Shown: in pieces, positions 26,643 to 42,059 of the stretch
Numbering within the stretch: the stretch's first letter is position 1
How the letters are laid out: each line of letters begins with the position of its first letter
DNA from: Octopus sinensis
Lineage: Eukaryota
Direction of reading: 5' to 3'
NCBI RefSeq assembly: GCF_006345805.1
Contig: NC_043015.1
Location: forward strand, 9,920,001-9,984,000
Length of the DNA stretch: 64,000 bases
Position numbers and translations under genes: made by a program
Notes under the pieces: generated by a model
Told to the model about the DNA's origin: nothing
The model's input: the letters and a program-made list of their open reading frames with translations, nothing else
The model's database searches: none

Positions 26643-27631
26643 ATCACACTTACTTCAACGGAATTGTAATGATCTCAAAAATCACACTGCCACAACCATA
26701 AAATCGGGTCGTTCTATTTATCAGTATTTGAACAGTCCACCTCTCACTAGAGGTTGTTTGCCACAACAAAAGTTTTGTTGAGTCAAATTAGTGGTGTAAC
26801 CGTAATACTCTCTTGATTCTTGTTCATTCAAATGGTCATAGATTCTTAAGAAGTCAAGCTAATATTAATAGAATCACAGGTAAGTTTACCTTACATCTAC
26901 CACTTCTCTTAATCGACTGAAATTGACAAACCTAAATAGTATGTTTATTTCTTGTATAAAATATATCAAATATTAGATGCAGAGCCAGAAGCGTATAAAC
27001 ATTATACCTAAAGCGGCTTTACTTTGATTGCACTCGTAAACTACTAAAATAAGAATGTATTTTAGGTTAGATAGAAATCTTACGAAGAGGAAAACGATGA
27101 TAAAATTGATGTTATTGCTTGCAGGTAGGTATTCTATAAAACGCAAAAATATATATGGAACTTTAGGATCTGGTGGGATTTAAATATAGACGTTACCTAC
27201 GGAAATACAGCAATCACTATATTTCTAAATTTTATTACAGCATCGAGAAAGTATCGAGTGTGATTATTTCATTTACAGGAGAGATACGGATCGATAGAAT
27301 TTATATAACATAACGACAAAATGGTCGTATGAAATTTAGTTTGGTCTGCTTACGCACAGATTTCGAATATCGCTGAATTCGGCATTGACATTTGTTGTTA
27401 AGTTGTTAATGCAACATGTAATTCAAGAGTATCCAGTCAATATAAATGTAGGCAGTCCCACCCCAAATTTGCAATCATGAGACTTTCTTTGAAACCAATA
27501 TTTAACTTCCTTATAGATTTGTGTGATATACATAAACCTATCTCAAAAGCAGGAGGTGCTTGAGAAGAGATTGTTTAAGTAGAGAACATTTCTTTGGAGA
27601 TTCATCTGACTGTGTTGATGATTATGTAGTT

Positions 27632-28042
27632 ACTCTCTTTTACTCTTTTACTTGTTTCAGTCATTTGACTGCGGCCATGCTGGAGCACCGCCTTTAATCG
27701 AGCAACTCGACCCCGGGCTTTATTCTTTGTAAGCCCAGTACTTATTCTATCGGTCTCGTTTGCCGAACCGCTAAGTGACGAGGACATAAACACACCAGCA
27801 TCGGTTGTCAAGCAATGCTAGGGGGACAAACACGTACACACAAACACACACAATATATATATATATATACATATATACGACGGGCTTCTTTCAGTTTCCG
27901 TCTACCAAATCCACTCACAAGGTTTTGGTCGGCCCGAGGCTATAGTAGAAGACACTTGCCCAAGGTGCCATGCAGTGGGACTGAACCCGGAAGCATGTGG
28001 TTTGTAAACATGCTACTTACCACACAGCCACTCCTGCGCCTA
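27632..28042 (-). mobile_element. SINE family A, full length
   Basis: Antisense head CAGCCACTCCTGCGCCT at ~28025-28041; tail at 27632-27690. Confidence 0.92.
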
Positions 28043-30759
28043 TAGTTAGGTCAACTATTCTTTAATCTGTGTACGTATTGATCGTAATTTACTTTTCACG
28101 GATTTTTTACCCTAGTCTGAAATATTTATATAATATGCATATGTAGAAAACAGAAGTATTTATTATAACGTCAATCCTTTTTACACCTATGTTCTGCTTG
28201 ACAGCTCTACAACAAGAAACACAGGTTATTCTGATCCCTTCGAAAAGAATATTGTGTCTTCCATTTGTAGAGCATGTCGTTAGTTATTAAAAAATCACAG
28301 TTGTTTGTGGACAAGCTAATGCAGATTACAACTTAAATCAGTTTTCAATAACAGTATAATTATAGAATAATTTGAAAGAAAGTAAGACCAAAAGCTAGAA
28401 AACCACACCAGTTTTCAACACCATTATTCTCCATTAACTTCTGCGAGTCAAGTTTTTGACGTTGAAGTGTAATTAGTTGTTTCATTGATATTCATCAAAG
28501 TGTCTTTCAGCAAGGATGGAAACCGTGGAAGAAAAAAAAAAAAATTATGAAAATAAAATTACCAAAGCAATGAAAGTTTTTTTTTTTGTTTTTTTGTTCA
28601 ATCGGAAACAATGTTTAATTATGTTTGTATCGATTCATAAAAGTAATTAAATGATCAGAAGCCAAGCTGTTCAGAATTAGAAACATTAGATTTTCAATTT
28701 TGAAGAATTCATTATGAAAGCGTTTTCTCCTGCACTAAATCTTACATAACTTTAATTAGATTTATACGTGTTACTTTTTTTTCAGTTTAGTCGAATATTT
28801 CTACATTGAAAGAAAGTGACTCAATTTGTATGGTCTTCTAATTAAACTGTTCAAATCAGCTATATTCTGCTTGCAAGTAAAACTCATTTATATGTATCAA
28901 TTCAATACATTATTCAGTAGGTTACAACATATCTCTGCAATACAATCCATTTTCATATGTATGAATAAGAATATTTAAGCTGACTTGATCTACTTAAAGT
29001 CACTTAAATATCACGCAAATTTGTTTACTTAAATTTGGTAAAGATTTTTTTCATGGCTTGGATATTTTATTTCATATATTATATTCATACACATCCAGAC
29101 ACACTCACAATCATACTTACATACATATTGTGTGTGCGTGTGCGCATGTGCGTGTGCGCATGTGCGTGTGTGTGTATTTCATATTGCACATACCTTATTT
29201 CCTCTATGTTGTATATTATTTCTTCTATGTTGTACGTTATTTTCCTCTATGTTGTATAGCGATAATTATGCGGTGTAACCACAGAAGGGCATATCAATTT
29301 TGTGCATGCCAATAGTCCGAAATACTAAATATTTGAGAGGAACAGTTTACTACTACAAACATGTAAATTGTGTGCAATAATTGACTCTCCTAAAACTTTC
29401 TGTTGAATGGAAGCCTATAATCAACATTCTTATGATTACGAGTGTCTAATACACCAATATTTAATATCATAGGCATAAGATTACTGACGTCTTGATGTGT
29501 ATGCTTTAAAATATTTAAGAAATTAATTTATGCTTCCAAATCTTTCAAGAATTAATTTTTGATTCCAAAAATTTCAAGAATACTTCAATAAATATCGTAA
29601 AACTGTGTATGCAAGAGAAGAATACATGAAATTTTATACTTGAAAATAATTTAATACTACATGTGCGTGCTTTTCATGGGAGTTAAATAAAGAGGAAATC
29701 AGAAGCTTTTCTAATTGTGCTTAGCACACCAAGCGTTAGAGTTTTGCTTATACCTATAATTGACATCATCACATTATTTCATAAAATCTGCACTTATCCG
29801 TTATGTCCCTTTTTCTGTATTAGAAAATATGTATTTCTACTATTATAATGCTAAGGATTGTTGAAGTCATTATGTAGAAATATCAATATTAGATCCAAGA
29901 TGATATATCGTCGTGTACCTTACTGAAAACAAGGAAAAATCACGAAAGGTTTGATTGTTTTTGCTATAAAAAAAATAGCGTGGATACGTCTTTTGTTTAT
30001 ACACCTGCTTCGCAACAAGGCGAGGGGAGGTCATATGCGAACTTGAGTTCTACTCAGTTATTTTGACTGAAATATAGTAGTTAGAAAATGTTCCGAAATC
30101 CAAACACACTCGCAGAAAATTGTGTATAGGTGTACATTAGTGTGTGTGTATGTGTGTGTGTGTGGTTGTCTGCGTATTTGCTTGTCTTCGTTTCTGTAGC
30201 TTTCCAGACGAAAATATATACGGCCAATGATTGAAATCCGTTAAGATATTTATAATATGGATGTAAAAGTTTAAGAAATATCAATTATAATTTACTTTGA
30301 GACATAATATTTCGTTTTCCTATAATTAACATTTAGATATTGAACATAATTATGAAATATTTTCCTAATCGTTGGCGTTTAAATCGTTCGGTCACGCTTA
30401 GAATGGTGGACACATTTTCATGTGTTATTTACTTATTTTTGAGATCGCTTCGGACAGAGTTTCACTTTACATATTATCCTTAAAATAGAAAAAGTACTGT
30501 TAGAAAAAGTACCAGTAACATACTACTATTCTTTATTACTTTCATATAGCATTCCACTTGAGAAGGAAAAGATGGTAGATTTTATCATATCGAAGAAACC
30601 CACAGCTGCTGCTCCTTTATACATCTGCTTCCTCTAACATCCTCTTATACAGACTTCTACCTGTATTTTCTAATGGGATATCATATACATGCCAGGCCAA
30701 CTATTAAAGTAATGACATTCTAAGCAAATGTTATAGTCGCGTCCAGTTACCAGAATCGT

Positions 30760-30940
30760 GAATACGCCGGGGAAAATGCTTAGCAGCATTCCGTTCGTTT
30801 TTCTGTTCTGAGTTGAAATCCAAACGTGGTCGACTTTGACTTTTATCCTTAGAGAACCAATAAAATTGTTATCAGTTGGTGACTGAGATCGATGAAATCG
30901 ACTTATCAATTCTCCTGCAATTGAAACAAATTTATATACA
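30760..30940 (+). mobile_element. Old SINE family C
   Basis: CCAGAATCGT..ACGCCGGGGAAAATGCTTAGC..TTCTGAGTTGAAATCC..GGTCGACTTTG.CTTTTATCCTT. Confidence 0.6.
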
Positions 30941-32466
30941 AGTATTGTTTTATTAACTTTATCGTAGTTTTTGTTCACACAGGCTCCATACGAGTTTCGT
31001 AAGATCCCTGTGTGCTCTAAATATCTCCGATTTTTAACTTGTTCTTCCTGTTCTCCGCAATACATCACCAAGAGATTTAATCACTCTAACGATAAACATC
31101 TTTTTTAAAAGCTTATTTATTCATTACTTGTGATTATTTATCAGAATGTTGTTAAAATTATCTCCTTTGACAGGTGTCTACATTTTATCTTATTTTTTAC
31201 CTTCCGTTATTATTTCCGTCCATAGTATTTTGTTTTTGATAACTTTCAATATGTACCACTTCAACATCCACCAGACAACAAAAGATGATAAAAAGGCGTA
31301 ATCTATGAATGTAACTCGTCAAATATAATATACACGGTTGCAATGAAATCAAGCTCATTACCGAAACATTTTGTAAGGTCCTTATATATTTTTGCAAATA
31401 TTATGATTCCTAAATCTATGGAATTCTATGGTGCTTCGTATCATGTTCCATCATCAACATAATTAATTCTGCGATAATAATCCTGATCAGCCTTACTTTA
31501 GTAGATAACATGAACAAGTGATTACCACACTGACATCACTGCTACAATGCAAGACTAATACCATTTGACAGAGAATAAAACTGGGAGAGATGTCTTAGTG
31601 GGAGCTCTCCTTTATAGGTTCCCAATCTCTGATCACATACGAGATATTTCCAGTAGGCACATAAGGAAATGAGACAACGTTACATTGGAATAATTATACT
31701 GTACTGCTGTGCAAAGAATTTCAAGGAAGCGCGTATTTAAAGCTGAGCTACTGAAGAATTCTAATTATATTTACATGCTTTTTTTTTTTAAATTCTCAAC
31801 CGAATTTCTTAGAAGCGTAAAATCTAATAATAATCTAGAAAAACAAATTTACAATTGTTTCCTGTTTACACTAACAGGAATATAGACTGTTCAAACATTT
31901 GTCTAAGAACTAATACCTTACGATATGAATCCTCTCAAACGTCTTGCAAGAATGCAGAAATATATGAATGTTTATATTTTAAAATCTAACTGGGTTTAAA
32001 ACCTATTTCTATGAAGATAGAATCTATTTCTATTGACAATATATTTCAGAAATATATACCACTTCTCAGATCTCCAAAATCATCGTCTTCGATAACATAC
32101 ATTCTAAAAAACAATATTGGCTTTCAAATGCCCATCACATGCATGATTTTAAGGGGTGTTATTATATGTTACAGTTTTGAGTCTTGTGAATTTTATTCTC
32201 TGTCAATGAGATAAAAATTTATGTGCGCGTTCCAGATGTTCTCAGTTTTCAATATACAGTACATACTATCCTGCCATTCAAATATCTCACATCATCACTG
32301 CTCATGGTCTCCTCTACCGCTCCTAGAAAATCTTCTGAAATCTCAAATATTAACTCGCACTTACTATTTTCTTTATGTAATGTATTAATCTCATACAAAG
32401 GCTTCATGGCGGTATAAGTTGCTTATTCCTTGTTATAAGTAGTCGAGTAAGGGTACCTGCTTATGT

Positions 32467-32694
32467 TTAACCCTTTAGCATTTAAACCGGCCATATCTGG
32501 CCCAAATTCTCTACTTCTTTTATGTTCAAACCATCTTGATCTGGCCTTTCACTCATATCCTACAATGACATCTTCAAAATAAACCATCGCATCATCAAAT
32601 TTTCAGAGATACAAGATAATGTAGGATTAATTCAAAACAATGTGAATGAAAAAGCATTATATTTGACAGAGTAATCTCAACACTAAAGGGTTAA
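32467..32694. mobile_element. piggyBac-type MITE
   Basis: TTAA|CCCTTTAG ... CTAAAGGG|TTAA: TIR with TTAA target duplication. Confidence 0.85.
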
Positions 32695-34071
32695 AGCACA
32701 TTCTTGCCATAAATGTACAAATACGTGATTAACTTCAGAGGAATTAACTGACAGTGTTTCCAGTTAGGAAACAAAGCAGTTCAGATAATAAGATATGGTT
32801 AAGAATATCATTTAAATATACATTATATGCAAGAGAAAGTGAAGAAATTTGTTGCTGCACAACGATTGCTATTGCGAAAGAAAATTGAACGTAACATGTT
32901 CTGGTTCTTTGAAAAAAATAGTCTGTATAAATATTTATTCAAATATTTCCTCAGTAAAATTCTCAAAATTAATCAAAATATCGCTTCCGACGTTGAATAT
33001 TCTATGCCAGATGCTATTTCACTTTACCGTATGCATGAATAAGCTTCTTTTTCGATAGAAATTAAGGTCTTGGTGATTATTTCTTTTCTTCTTTTTTTTT
33101 GTAGTCTCGTTAAATGCTTCTCTATAATTCATGTCTTTTAACAGGGTAGAGTTATTCAGCTTTCCGTCCAATATTGCCTGTCACGTTTTGAAAAGCGTTC
33201 ATCAATTATGGATTAAATTGTGCTAGTGATAATGTGAGAGAAGTGAATGTTTCAAAATATTCATCCTAGAAACAAGCATAACAAACTAAACATTTCCAAT
33301 CTTCTTTTACGACTGAAGACAAAATTTACATAACGTCTACTTGAGAGAAAAAGTGCATTAAGAAAACGGAAGATGATCTTGTCATTTCATGTTCTTCGTT
33401 TCAGAAACAATTGAAAAGTGTAATTGTAAATATGTTATCGGCCACAAGTGCCAAGTATCATTATAAGAGTATATGGTTAACTTTTTATTTATTTTTAATT
33501 TAATCGAGCATTTGAATACAGTTCCATTCGTGTAGGATACCAGGTAACTTAATTGCGTTCTTATGTGGTCAGCTGAAGTGAATATATTTCCATGATGTCA
33601 AGTACAACACTTTCTTACATGAAAATAATTTTAAATTCAGATTTATCGGTAAAATTTTAACTAGTTCAGTTCCGATTCTCCATTCTAGCAATTTCGCAGC
33701 ACTTACACTGCTAATGGTCTTGGAACAGTCATACTTAACATAAAAATATTTCAGTGTGTTTCGGTTCGTCAATAAGAATTCAATCGCCGTATACACTAAT
33801 CACAAATGTACTTATAAAAGTTTTATTTTGCAGTAGTGAGAAAATATGATTGATATGAAATTTTAAAGCTGCTGGTCTCAAATATGTGGCAGTAGATATC
33901 TACGTCATAAGTTCGTATATCATGTTGTGATAAGTATTAAATGCGTTGGTTTTTGGCCTTTCTGAAACTGTAGTTAAAGATTGAAGGTAATTCGCCTTTA
34001 TTGGCCTGACCTACATATTGCTGCTTCCCAGCTTCTAGACACCTGGAGAGTAATCTCAAAATAATCTCAAA

Positions 34072-34112
<41 letters not shown>

Positions 34113-35477
34113 GGACGTATGGACCTGAGGTTATAATAGAAACCAACTTATAATAGAAACCAAATTATCATGGTATCAGTATTGATTCCATTTATTTATC
34201 GCTATTAACTATACTATATTTGTTCTCATTATTGTCATTTAATTTTCACACAGACTCAACTTCATAACTGTCTACGCATGTGAAATTTGGCGGGCTATGT
34301 CTCCATCTTCAGAAAGTCATACGTTACTGCGGAAAATATCGGCATTGAATTTGCAACAAATGAAGCCGATTTAAACTCTTTGAATCTTTCGCTACATATT
34401 TTTTTACATAATGAATATACGTTCCATGTATTGGAATGCCAGCCCAAGAGACTTGATGATATGGTAAATTGCAAAATATACAATTTTCAAAGCAATATAC
34501 ATGTAATGACATGGACATGTTGACTGTTTCAAATATTGCATGCCTGTCAGTACATACAAACTTAATATGAATGCTATGTTTAAATTTTCATATTATTCAC
34601 TTACATTTGGGTGACGAAGGAAAACTGGTAAGCAAGAGACAAACATTTCTTTGAATATGCTGAAATATTTGCATTTCCCCAATGACAAAAGATGCCTCCC
34701 GTCTAGGAATTATGCAACATATACATTTTTGATAGTTGCTTAATATGAAAATGGTTATCCACTTTCTCATTATCTATTTTCTGCACGTATCTTTTGAATG
34801 ATCTAATATGAAACTTGTTCATATTTTGTAAACAATTAGCAATCTATTATAGATGTATTTTTCCGCTTTATTCCCAAATTAAATTTATATAATTACATTA
34901 ATTATATAACAGATTTATTTGCAAATGAAATATTAATACAATTCTTTAAAATGTATCATTTATAAGAGTAAACCAGGTGATACTAATGAAAGAAATATAT
35001 AAATATAAGGATATATGCGTATGTGCGTATCGGTGTGTATGTGTATATGTACGTATACAATATATACACTCATATATGAAATGCGATCGTAAGGACGTAA
35101 ATGTGTATATGTGTCTATCTTACGTAACATTGTGTACGAAAAAGTATCTTTAATATTGTTTTAATATTGCTTTAGATCTTTCATATTGCTTGATTTTTAT
35201 ATTAAATCTCAGAAAAATACATCTTGATAAATTATCTTTTCTAATTTTCTATACTCCAATGCTTCGCTTTCGTTACAAATACACACATCAAAAGTGTATC
35301 AACATTTAGACAATGCTGAATGTATATATATATATATATATATACATATATACGAGTGAGTGGGCAAACGAAAGAAGGGCACTCAATAAATTTACAGGGA
35401 ATTACATGTACTGATCAACAGAGTTTGATTAAATTCGTTGGGGCATTTGAGTTTCAAGCGTAATGCTAGTCGTCTGC

Positions 35478-35808
<331 letters not shown>

Positions 35809-36979
35809 TTAGATAGATAAATGCGTATGTTTTGTATTTGTGTGTGTGTGTGTGAGGGAGGGAGAGAGAGAAAGTGAGAGAATATGTATATGCGGTATCA
35901 GAATCAAAGACGTTTTCTAAAGATAGACTTCTGAGAAGAACTGTATATAGGTTCATTAGCAACATAACAATTATCCAAAAGATTTCCACTTATCATCCCT
36001 AACATTTTCCTGTTAAAGAAAATTATACCATTTATTCATATCCGTAATTTTATCTATTTCATCTATGATAGAGCTCGCCTGCCATTTTGGAAGCCTTAAT
36101 AAATTATAAATTAAGTATATAAACAATATTTGGACATTGTGTGATAAATGGCAACGCAAATGTTGATACAGTCTTGATATTTGTAACGAAAGCGAAGCAT
36201 TCGACTATAGAAAATTAGAAAAAAGTATCTGAAAGCTAACAGAAAAACTAATATACACCAATTTTGATTTTAAGGTTTCATGTGAGTTAATACCAAGTTT
36301 TATGTTTTCCGACACGAATGAAGATTGGGAATTGCGTTGCTGTAAATGGCATTTTATCTGAGACTGATAATTTTCCTTGTACTTTTGTTCAAATGTCGTA
36401 TACAACTGGCCTCCATGGCATTATAAATAAATCATAGAAATAACTCACACGCTATATTACATACAGGTAACATAACATTCATATCACTATATGGTGCTGC
36501 TAAACCATTTATATTATATTGATTTTAAGTTACTCTGAAGTGCACGACGATAATAAGGCAAACGATATATACAGAATGGTATAAAAGAAATGCTAAATTT
36601 ATTATATCAATCCAGAAAATATTTTAAAGTCTGGAAATGAAATACGCAATTTATAAAATCTATAAAACAATGATTACCAATAGATCAATAAATAAAAATG
36701 TATATACTCCCATTATTCAATGGCTACATAAATTCAGGATTGCCATTCTGAAAGATGCTGGTAGAAGAAATATTAAATTCGATAAGGTCTAAAATATCGT
36801 AGGTCTAAAAATAACTTAGAATTTATTTACAAAATTACAATGCAGCATGGAGAAAATTTGATTGGGTGAAAGAGGAGTATATAAATGAATTGCAGTATGT
36901 TGTCTTTATCCAAGATAATAACCAAGTGAAGATCAGCACGTACACTAGAATTAGAGTGTACGAATTTCCTGTATACAGA

Positions 36980-37040
<61 letters not shown>

Positions 37041-37042
<2 letters not shown>

Positions 37043-37358
37043 CCTTTCTATTATAGTCACAAGGCCTGAAATTTGCGGGGAGGAAGTAACTCGACTACAT
37101 CGACTCGAACGCGTAAGTGGTACTTATTTAATCGATTCCGAAAGGATGAGAGGCAAATTTGACCTCGGTGGAATTCGAACTCAGAACGTAGCCCCAGACT
37201 AACTAATGCTAAACATTTCTCCCGGTGTGCTAATCATTCTGCCAGCTCAACGCCCTTTTTTTTTCTCAAATTTTGGAACAAGATCAGCAATTTCGAGCAA
37301 AGGGGCAAGTCGATTACATTGACCCCAATGTTCATCTAGTACTTATTTTATCGACCGT
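37041..37358 (-). mobile_element. SINE family C plus partial second C copy (unit X1)
   Basis: Antisense C core and head; duplicated at 38013-38329. Confidence 0.8.
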
Positions 37359-37367
37359 AATAATAAT

Positions 37368-37419
<52 letters not shown>

Positions 37420-37421
<2 letters not shown>

Positions 37422-37975
37422 GCCCTGATGCAGTACCAGGCAGTGGCTCTCATGGCTTCTGATCTTAACTGATTGGAAGTGTTATCATGTACATTGTTTT
37501 GTCTTGGTATAAAAGATGGGCTACAGCAAATATTCTGCTCAATACCACAGATTTGCTTGTCAGTTGTTTGACCTTAACCAGTTCAGCATGTCCCTTAGTG
37601 GCTGACGATATGTGCATCTCTGATCACGAGCAGAAGTAGTGGGGGAGCATCATAGCCATGTGTTGAGAGGGATTCTTTGGGGTTTGAATAATTCACCTCT
37701 GGAAACATGGGTGCCTCTTTCAACATCCTTAAACAACCCTTATTCAGGGACCTTTTGAGCGGGATGGGCTACTCAACCTGATAAAAATTCTAACTGGGCC
37801 CCACCTGCAAGGTCATGTGCTGTTTATCTTGATATGAGATCACCATGTCGCGCACATATGGTTGTGATGCATGTGCCTGGTGTACCTTTATCAGACGGGT
37901 AGTCATGATGGGTATATTGGGCTTCGTATATTTTACCCCAGTGTCACTTTGATGGCATGCACTGCTCTCTCACTC
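37420..37975. mobile_element. ~555-bp non-coding interspersed element inserted in (AAT)n (E1)
   Basis: Flanked on both sides by (AAT)n; a diverged, deleted relative lies at 38438-38841. Confidence 0.7.
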
Positions 37976-38012
<37 letters not shown>

Positions 38013-38014
<2 letters not shown>

Positions 38015-38329
38015 CCTTTCTATTATAGTCACAAGGCCTGAAATTTGCGGGGAGGAAGTAACTCGACTACATCGACTCGAACGCGTAAGTGGTACTTATT
38101 TAATCGATTCCGAAAGGATGAGAGGCAAATTTGACCTCGGTGGAATTTGAACTCAGAACGCAGCCCCAGACTAAATAATGCTAAACATTTCTCCCGGTGT
38201 GCTAATCATTCTGCCTGCTCAACGTCCTTTTTTTTTTCAAATTTTGGCACAAGATCAGCAATTTCGAGCAATGGGGCAAGTCGATTACATTGACCCCAAT
38301 GTTCATCTAGTACTTATTTTATCGACCGT
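38013..38329 (-). mobile_element. Unit X2, direct repeat of 37041-37358
   Basis: About 10 differences by eye over ~318 bp. Confidence 0.85.
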
Positions 38330-38437
38330 GAAAGGATGAACGCAATGTAATGATAATAATAATAATAATAATAATAATAATATAATAATAATAATAATAA
38401 TATAATAATAATAATAATTAGTATAAAAGTTTGGTTA

Positions 38438-38841
38438 CATTGTCTTGGTATAAACGATGGGCTACAGCAAATATTCTGCTCAGTACCACAGATGTGCTTG
38501 TCACTTGCTTGACCAGCTGAGTATGTCCCATAGTGGCTGACGATATGTGCATCTCTAATCATGAGTAGAAGTATTGGGGGAGAGGCATAGCCATGTGTTG
38601 AATGGAATTCTTTGGGGTTTGCATAATTCACATTTGGAAGCATGGGTGTTTTGTTCAACATCCTTAAACAACTCTTGTTCAGGGACTTTTTGAACGGGAT
38701 GGGCTACTCGACCTCAAGAAAATTATAACTGGGGCCCTCCTGCAAGGTCATGCGCTGTCTATCTTGATATGAGATCACTATGTTGCGCACATGTGACTGC
38801 GATGCATATACTTGGTGCATATACTTATCAGACTCTCACTC
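38438..38841. mobile_element. Diverged copy (E2) of the (AAT)n-embedded element
   Basis: Colinear with 37490-37975, missing the start and a ~70-bp internal block before CTCTCACTCAAT. Confidence 0.75.
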
Positions 38842-38856
38842 AATAATGATAATAAC

Positions 38857-38941
<85 letters not shown>

Positions 38942-39071
38942 TAATAATATTAATGATAATAATAATATTAATGATAATAATAATAATGATGATGATAATA
39001 ATAATGATAATAATGATAGTAATAATAATGATAATAATGATAATATTAATAATAATAATAATAATAATAAC

Positions 39072-39104
<33 letters not shown>

Positions 39105-40174
39105 TTCTTTATTAATACAAATGTTTACATTAAGAAAAAAACATTATGAACAGTATAGGAGAAAGAATTATGTGTGTATGAGTGTGAGTGTGGGTTGTTG
39201 TGAAGTTAGGGGTATAAACAAGACGAGACGTTTATGTATCTATTTTAAGCTCATATATTTTGAAAAGTATGATACCTATAACACAAAAAACATTACTACT
39301 TTAAGCATGTTTAGATCATGATTAAAGATATTTTAGTGATAGCTTTGTCACATTTCACTCCTACGAAGAGAATCTTCTGTTTTCTCATTTAGTATAGTGC
39401 CATGCAGGCATAAGTTGCGTAATTATTGAACTTGCTGATATCTTCCAAGAATAATATCAATATGAAACACATGAAGCATAGCATAAAGCTGTATAATGAC
39501 AATAAAATCAGACAAAAGGTTTCTTTTTTTCCTTTTATTGAACAATAGATTTATGGTTCGTTAAAAAGTTATCAATAGGACGAGAATTTATACCAGAATG
39601 AGATAGAGGCCTGATAGAACGACATAAAACCAAATCAATGAAGCGGAATGATCTCAGTTACCTAAGCAAATATATCGCTGACCTAAGTTTAAGGTGTGAA
39701 AATGCGCTCATTGTTCGATGTTTAAATCATTGTGAATTTCCCAAGCTTTCAGTGTTGTACAAGAATTATTGCAATCCACGTTATCAGAGATGTGACGTTA
39801 TTATATATAAACGTAATCACCACAATTGTTTTACCGAATGTGATGGAAATTTTAGAATCCGTAGTTAATAGGCATTATAAGCCTCTGAATACTCCGAAGT
39901 TCCTTTCATTTAGCCGTATTTATACGACTCAAGTTTAACGTATTACATATGACAAGAAATGCATAAAAATGAAAGATATGAAAAAGATTAGAATGTAATA
40001 AACTATATTACAAAGAGATAATAATTAGAAGTTGTACAATTGAAGTATAATATTGGAAAAAATGATTGTTATTATTAATAAAGCGGTGAGCTGATAGAAT
40101 TGATAGCACACTGGATGAAATGTTTAATGGTATTTAGCCCCTCACTACGTGCTGAATTAAAATTCCGCAGAGGT

Positions 40175-40322
40175 CGACTTTGCTTTTCATTTTTCGGAGT
40201 CGATAAATTAAGAACCAGTGGAACACTGGGGTTGATGTAATCCATTAGTCCCTTCATACCGAATCTGAGCCTTGTGCCTGCAGTAGAATGGTTATTATTA
40301 TTGTAAAAGTGGCGAGCTGGCA
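40175..40322 (-). mobile_element. SINE family C-related fragments
   Basis: GAGGTCGACTTTGCTTTTCAT..GGAGTCGATAAATTAAG..CCAGT..ACACTGGGGTTGATGTAATC reads on +, so the orientation call is uncertain. An adjacent family A remnant lies at ~40380-40530. Confidence 0.5.
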
Positions 40323-41241
40323 TATGTATGTAATGTATTATGTGTGTATATGTATGTATGTACATATATGTATATGTACGAAGGCTTCTTTCAGTTTCCG
40401 TCTACCATATCAACAGAAAAGGTTTTAGTCGGTACAAAACTCTAGTAGAAGACACCTGCCCAACGTGCCAAGATGTGGGACTAAACCCAAAATCATATGG
40501 ATTGAAAGCAAGCTTCTTACCTCACAGTTATAATTAATTTTCTACTATATCATTTATTCGTGTTGTTGCTTCTTACTACACCTGCGCTTATATATGAAAT
40601 CGATTTTATATTTACCATCGGAACCATTCCCAAATTTTCCATCGAAATTGTGCCAAATGAAGTGTTTTTATATCTTGTGTATACATTAGATGTGCATGTG
40701 TATATCGTAGAGAAAGAGTTATGAGCAACCACTGTTGGTTAAAAAGAAAAAAATCACACTCAACTCGCATAAATAGATTTCTTTCCTGGTTTTAATAATT
40801 GTGCATGAATATATTTTGGATTCTATAGAATTATACATCTTTGTATTTAAAATGTAAGTGTATGAAAGCATGCAAGTGTATGAAAACATTTATCGCATAA
40901 CACATATTTCGATCAAATAAAATCATTACAGATTCAAACTGCTAGATGTTCAATGTGATTGTTAAATGCGTCAGAGAATTAAGAGATCATGCTGGAAACG
41001 ATCATATTGAAAAAATTTACCGTTTGTTCTCACACATGTATATTCCCGACGATACACACAATCACACACACTCACTCACGCACACACATACAAACCAACG
41101 CATACATACATTTATAAGTATATATATATATATATATATACATACCTAAATACATAAATGCATGCATGCATACACCTACATACATATGTGTGATTGTGAG
41201 AACATTTTAGTTTAAATAACGTTTATATACATAAAATACAG

Positions 41242-41416
41242 TTAAACACATATGAGGTAACAACTATAGGATACCTAGCATGCTAGAAGGAATAGCCAAA
41301 ATCCAAGCAACTATTTATTTTTCATTTTCTTCGAAATTTGTCCCTTAATAGTGGTTTGGATTTGGGCTATTCTAGCGTGCCAGGTATCTTGTGATGGATA
41401 CCACTTATGTGTTTAA
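41242..41416. mobile_element. Diverged foldback/MITE
   Basis: TTAAACACATA...GATACCTAGCATGCTAG..GAATAGCC.AAATCCAA mirrored by TTGGATTT.GGCTATTCTAGCGTGCCAGGTATC...TATGTGTTTAA. Confidence 0.55.
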
Positions 41417-41955
41417 ATGTACAGTGTATTTATATTAATAATATGTAGTCTATTGACTCATTTTTCTGCACGCTAGGCCACTGATAGTAAAAGTTTCTAA
41501 AATACTAATATGCAGATAGATGGGAATTTTATCTCCATTTATCATATGAACTATGATAACAGAAACATTGGAAATTTCAACGAAGGAATTATAATTATCG
41601 GAAATATATAAACAAAAAAGAGATGCCAGAGAGAGAGAGAGAGAGAGAGGAGGGGAGAATGAAAGAAAGATTGGGATGTTAGACAGACAGAGAGTGTGAG
41701 TGGGAGAGATGAGACAAGATAAAGATTACACTTTCGCAGTTTAAGATTTTAACATTACTGAAAGCGAATTAAAAATAATTGCTCAGTTGAAAATGAATTT
41801 CAAAAGCATATATGGAAGAAATATATTACGTTTTTGAAATTTTTAAAAAATTCCTAGACAAAATAAATTTTAGTAATTGCTTTCTTGTAGTAATTGTTGC
41901 ATAATTCTAAGTAGTAAACAGCAATCTCTTTTATAGCACAGATTATTGTCTGCGG

Positions 41956-42014
<59 letters not shown>

Positions 42015-42059
42015 GATAATAAAGATGAAAATGACTTCAAATATTGGCTCAAAACCAGG

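Noticed and set aside
23525-28045. Recurrent ORFs beginning MLGGQT.. or MTTDAGV.., and MFIER.. at 5003, 10256 and 47119
   Set aside because: Chance frames within SINE families A and B; they recur because the SINE recurs.
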